This document shows positions 16,098-20,000 of a DNA stretch of 20,000 nt, one piece after another. Where the stretch lies: IMG/VR virus record IMGVR_UViG_3300046007_006189; one strand, written 5' to 3'. A program made the position numbers and the translations under genes. Positions within the stretch are counted from its first letter, which is position 1; each line of letters starts with the position of its first letter. The notes beneath the pieces are model-generated. The model did no database searches and was not told where the DNA came from. It was given only the letters and a program-made list of their open reading frames with translations. This DNA comes from an uncultured virus (IMG/VR IMGVR_UViG_3300046007_006189). Lineage: Duplodnaviria; Heunggongvirae; Uroviricota; Caudoviricetes.

Positions 16098-17249
16098 TTA
16101 TAGTAGCAATCTTGCTTCTACAGCAGATAGTCTTGTTTCCAAATCATCCAAAATGGTTCCAATATTATCATTAGATGCTTGTGTTCCTAATTTAATTGTT
16201 GATATGGTTGCTTCTGATATTACAACATTTTGTGGAATATTGACAGACAACTCAGATGGATCTAATTTCATGATTGGTATCATGGAAACATTTACAGATT
16301 GTCCAGCAGTATCAAAGACACCAAATGTATTATTTAAACTGACCTTTGGTGTATAAATTGAATATGTTGAAACTGATTGTACTCCCAAAAAAGTTCCAGA
16401 TATTTTTAATTGCTGAGATGTAGTAGTGGATGCTGCTCCGCCTGGCCATTTAATATAATATTTGGTGTCACCACTCGTAGCAACTATTGATCCGCTTGTA
16501 GTTTCGTCGCCAGTTCTTGTGACGAGTTTGCCAATGTTTGAAGCATTTGCAATATATCCAGATTGTAAAGTAATTTCTTCGACAAAACCAAATTGTGTTC
16601 CATATTTAGAATAAAAGTTTGGATACAGACTTACTAGCAACTCTTGTGAGGTTCTTGCATCAATAAAGTTGTCTGGAATGTCGGGGGAATTTGTACCAAT
16701 TATTGGTATGAATGAGAGTTGACCAGTTAATGATTGTGCAGTAGAATCAAACGCTTGTATTTCTCCACCCAATCTATAACCGATGTAATTTATAATAGTT
16801 CCAGTATAAGAACCACCGTGTGGTGCTGCTTGATATATTGGTTTGATTACAGACCCAACAGTAGTTGGTGCTTGAACTTGTATCTTTCCTGAAGTTTCGC
16901 TTAGGAAATAAACATCAGCACCTCCTGCACCACCTGTAGCACCCGAAATAGTATTAATTGCAGAACTGGGTAATACAATTGAACCATATATTACTACATT
17001 TAAATTATATGATGGGCCGCCGACATCAGTAATAGTTTCGACTAAACCAAAAACTTCAGCAGTATTAGATGCACTGGCATTTGATTTTTCGTATTGTCCA
17101 CCGATTGGATTATAAAAAATTACATCTCCGGCAGTTATACCTGCTGCATAACTTCCAGAGGGTATAGTTGCAGTTAGACGAGAACCGCCTTGTGTTACTG
17201 TTACTAGAGTTTGTGATGATCTTATGTTGCTGCTACTTGAACAAGGCAT
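16098..17249 (-). CDS. Putative virion structural/decoration protein, 383 aa, with a short C-terminal coiled coil
   Basis: ORF with SD-like AAGAGG upstream. The segment ITAGDVIF...NTAEVFGLV...VYFLSETSG...APTTVGSVIKPI resembles a domain in the neighbouring 757 aa protein. C-terminus ILDDLETRLSAVEARLL shows heptad periodicity. Confidence 0.8.
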   Translation of the reverse strand: MPCSSSSNIRSSQTLVTVTQGGSRLTATIPSGSYAAGITAGDVIFYNPIGGQYEKSNASASNTAEVFGLVETITDVGGPSYNLNVVIYGSIVLPSSAINTISGATGGAGGADVYFLSETSGKIQVQAPTTVGSVIKPIYQAAPHGGSYTGTIINYIGYRLGGEIQAFDSTAQSLTGQLSFIPIIGTNSPDIPDNFIDARTSQELLVSLYPNFYSKYGTQFGFVEEITLQSGYIANASNIGKLVTRTGDETTSGSIVATSGDTKYYIKWPGGAASTTTSQQLKISGTFLGVQSVSTYSIYTPKVSLNNTFGVFDTAGQSVNVSMIPIMKLDPSELSVNIPQNVVISEATISTIKLGTQASNDNIGTILDDLETRLSAVEARLLL

Positions 17250-17254
17250 GTTTT

Positions 17255-17262
17255 ACCCTCTT
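17255..17262 (-). promoter_or_regulatory. Shine-Dalgarno-like RBS for the 383 aa gene
   Basis: Minus strand reads TAA-AAGAGGGT-AAAAC-ATG. Confidence 0.55.
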
Positions 17263-19536
17263 TTAAATTGGATAGTCTGCATCCGCTACTATGTGATAAA
17301 ATATATTATCATAATCAACAGCACCACCAGAAACACAAAGTTTTAATCCGTATTTTGTTGCATCCTTGAGTAGAGTATCGACACCCAATCGCGCAACTCT
17401 ATTCTGTGAAGCATAACCAATTGTACCTGAACTATTTCTAAGATCTCGGTTAGAAGATCTATTATATGCATCATTTGCGGTTCCTGTACTTGGGGAGTAT
17501 ATTGTCACGGTGGGTGTTGTTCTTAGTTCAAATGGCCATTGAAGGAATCTACATAGACCATTCGGAAGAACCATATGATGTTCTGTATTATATGTTGGTT
17601 CTTCTGTATTTATCATTGTAGTCGAACCTTGGGTCTGATCTAATGCATAAGTTGAGTAATAATATTTTCTGCAAATATTTAATCTCTCTTGTAGAGATTT
17701 ATGCGTGTCATATGGCAAGGTCTGACTTCCCAGATAAACGCAGACAGATGCAATACTTGCATATAGATTAGTTCCCAAAGCAACCGAATTTGTATTTGCT
17801 TCGTTTATTAATGGTTTGAAATTAAACCCAATTTCAAAATAATCATCTGCTAGAGCACTTCCCGGATTTGGTAAGGTTGGGACGGTATATTGAACAACAT
17901 ATTTTGTCCATGTTGTGTCTAATCCGTGTTCTTCTATTTCGTTATAGTCTATTAAACTTGCACCATTATATCTTGAAATATAAGATGTAAGAGAATAGTC
18001 ACTATACGAACATTTTGCATAGAAACTAAAAGTTATTATTTGAGAATCTAAACTTTTTGCATTTGGTATGACATGTCCAACAGTTAGATAATCTTTACCA
18101 AATCCATATGTTGCACCAGTGCCACCACTAAGTCCTAGTGCTTTAATATCAACATAATATTTGGGGTTTCCTTCTACGTCAGATTGTATATCGGCAAATG
18201 CTTGTCTTTGTATATAATAAGATTTTGTTGCACTTCCACCAGATACACCATCATGTCTTCTCCACATGTCAGCGAATACTAGACTTCCTGTGCTAGTATA
18301 CTGTGAGTCTCTTCCGGTACTTGGTCTTTGCCATATAGCAAAATCTCCATTTACTACCAGATTTTCTCCTTGACCTGATCCCGATGAAGAAGTTGCTAAT
18401 GCGGCGGCACCAAGAAATCCTGATGCTTTCTTGGGATTATTTACTACTGTAAATCTATCTGCTGCATATTGTATACCAAATATTTTTCCGGGATATGTGG
18501 GTTGCTCTGACACTAAATTCGTAGGGTCTACGGATGCATTAAAATCTGTTTTTATATAATATACACCAACTGCGGAACTTCTAGCAACATCACCATTTGT
18601 TGCAATTTCTAGTAATGTATTTCCAAGACCATCTGTGCTTGTTCCGACAATTAGACCAACAACAAAGTCATCTTCATAACTCAATCCAGCGATACCCGAA
18701 CTATTTGTGGATTTACTTAGGAACCAACCATTTATAAAAACTCTATTCGATCCTGTATCGTCTGAAATTGCTTCTGATAATTTTGGATTATATGAAATTG
18801 CTCGACCTACTATGAATTGAGCAGCAGATGCCGTAGGTATGAGAGCATATATTCTATTAAGACCTGTAGCACCGGAAACGCCAGATGCACTCGAATCCAA
18901 ATAGTGTCCTCTATATGGCAACACCATACCTGAAGTTGCACCTAGACCCAGAAGAATTGGTTTGGAAACTTGACCAGTTGTAGTTGGTTCGGTTGTTGTT
19001 ATACCTCCTGTTACACTGGGTGAGAGGAAATAGAAGCAACCTGCGGAAAGAGTAGCTCCTGCATTTACTGAAGTAAAATCGCCATCTACTTTTCCTAGTA
19101 TGGTAACATATACACCGGATGCATCAAGATTGGAGATTATTCCAATTGTTTCTGCGGCCGCTTGACTATTTGCTTTTCCTGCGGTATATCCGGTGCTTGT
19201 TATTCTTACCGGCATACCAAAACTTATACCAGATGTACCAGAGGTCAATCCGGTTATTTTATAACTGACATTTGGAAGATCTACTAGACCCTTAAAACTA
19301 ACTCCACCATTAAATGTCAATCCAGATTGAATAACACCAGAAGTTCCACCGATACTGAGACTTAATAATCCACTTGTATTGGTTGAAGCAAGAATACCAT
19401 CCCCACCAGTTGCACTATATACCTGCAAAAGATTTAATTTTGCAATTATTTCATCGTTTTCTTTTACATACCAATCGTAAAAGGTGGTATTTCCCTGAAG
19501 AGTCGGTATTACATATGTGTTATTCGTTACTGGCAT
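17263..19536 (-). CDS. Putative tail-fibre-like structural protein, 757 aa, with a C-terminal carbohydrate-binding-like (jelly-roll) domain
   Basis: Long ORF. N-terminal TTFYDWYVKEN resembles the 'TF..WR.KTN' start seen in structural proteins of T4-like aquatic phages (recalled). C-terminal NLVVNGDFAIWQR...ITFSFYAK...LDTTWTKY...LNICRKYYY...LRTTPTVTIYSP follows a common phage tail-fibre pattern (NxxxNGDFxIWQR...LCQRYY). Confidence 0.82.
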   Translation of the reverse strand: MPVTNNTYVIPTLQGNTTFYDWYVKENDEIIAKLNLLQVYSATGGDGILASTNTSGLLSLSIGGTSGVIQSGLTFNGGVSFKGLVDLPNVSYKITGLTSGTSGISFGMPVRITSTGYTAGKANSQAAAETIGIISNLDASGVYVTILGKVDGDFTSVNAGATLSAGCFYFLSPSVTGGITTTEPTTTGQVSKPILLGLGATSGMVLPYRGHYLDSSASGVSGATGLNRIYALIPTASAAQFIVGRAISYNPKLSEAISDDTGSNRVFINGWFLSKSTNSSGIAGLSYEDDFVVGLIVGTSTDGLGNTLLEIATNGDVARSSAVGVYYIKTDFNASVDPTNLVSEQPTYPGKIFGIQYAADRFTVVNNPKKASGFLGAAALATSSSGSGQGENLVVNGDFAIWQRPSTGRDSQYTSTGSLVFADMWRRHDGVSGGSATKSYYIQRQAFADIQSDVEGNPKYYVDIKALGLSGGTGATYGFGKDYLTVGHVIPNAKSLDSQIITFSFYAKCSYSDYSLTSYISRYNGASLIDYNEIEEHGLDTTWTKYVVQYTVPTLPNPGSALADDYFEIGFNFKPLINEANTNSVALGTNLYASIASVCVYLGSQTLPYDTHKSLQERLNICRKYYYSTYALDQTQGSTTMINTEEPTYNTEHHMVLPNGLCRFLQWPFELRTTPTVTIYSPSTGTANDAYNRSSNRDLRNSSGTIGYASQNRVARLGVDTLLKDATKYGLKLCVSGGAVDYDNIFYHIVADADYPI

Positions 19537-19539
19537 TTA

Positions 19540-20000
19540 TTATCCTATTTTAAGATTATTTAGGTACTGACAAACTGTAGTCGTTCCAACTGTTACCAGT
19601 TCTGCTATTGGTCTGGATGGATTTATTGAGACATCCAAAGAATTGTTTATTGTTACTTTATATCTGTGTGCGCCGCATGAATTGCCATTATTAAAACCAG
19701 CAGAATTGTCAGTAAAAACATAACCTTCGGCACTTTCTGATTCACTACAAGAAATAAACTGAAAACTAAGACTAAACCCAATTTGCTGACCAGTAGTTGC
19801 AGCTGCTGTTAAATTGTTTTGATTATATAACCAATACTTCAAACCATTTCCCACAGTAACCAAGTACCAACCTTCTCTAACAGTAACTATACCATTTTCA
19901 AATATTACAGCATTTGGATTATATGGCACAGCACCATTCCACATTGGATATTTTAAAGTTGCACCCACTTGACCTACTTCCCCAGTAAGTGGCCAATTAG
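19540..20000 (-). CDS. 3' part of a hypothetical (probably structural) protein; start lies beyond the window
   Basis: The frame stays open upstream of the GTG at 19968 to the window edge (NWPLTGEVGQVGATLKYP...). It ends in tandem TAA TAA directly before the ATG at 19536. Confidence 0.75.
   Translation of the reverse strand, partial: NWPLTGEVGQVGATLKYPMWNGAVPYNPNAVIFENGIVTVREGWYLVTVGNGLKYWLYNQNNLTAAATTGQQIGFSLSFQFISCSESESAEGYVFTDNSAGFNNGNSCGAHRYKVTINNSLDVSINPSRPIAELVTVGTTTVCQYLNNLKIG

Noticed and set aside
6761..16356. Numerous short plus-strand and alternate-frame minus-strand ORFs, including the Pro-rich 8044..8421 and 7159..7395
   Set aside because: Nested in long CDSs. Their Pro-richness is the antisense image of Gly codons, and the similarity between 4838..5221 and 8644..8880 merely mirrors the gene duplication.
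19966..19968. GTG at 19968 as the true start of the rightmost gene
   Set aside because: The frame remains open to the window edge, so the gene is more likely 5'-truncated.
1..20000. CRISPR array, tRNA/rRNA, intrinsic terminators, alternative genetic code
   Set aside because: Intergenic gaps are at most 17 nt, there is no spaced nucleotide repeat array, and the long ORFs tile the window under the standard bacterial code with TAA/TGA stops.

Overview
AT-rich window (roughly one-third GC by eye) made up of seven tightly packed, co-oriented minus-strand genes. They look like a virion-structural (fibre/decoration/adhesin) cluster of a large tailed phage, probably T4-like or jumbo (inference). In transcription order: a 5'-truncated ORF (19540..>20000), a 757 aa and a 383 aa Gly/Thr-rich fibre/decoration-type protein, then four large related proteins (963 aa, 1043 aa, 1175 aa and >2175 aa). 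The last is missing from the supplied ORF track because it runs off the left edge. All four share one chassis: a short YGSSNI/YSSxI N-terminal peptide, G-X-T collagen-like triplets, and 4-6 Cys-rich 'GxCC' repeats. Their C-terminal tips differ: a DUF1566/Lcl-like lectin-fold domain in two, a Gly linker plus an unrecognised Cys/Pro/Gly-rich region in one, and at least 16 tandem PKD/Ig-like domains in the other. The last two genes are a tandem duplication, alignable to residue 511 and unrelated afterwards. No RNA genes, CRISPR array, recombinase or reverse transcriptase were seen. Family names come from recalled motifs, not database searches.
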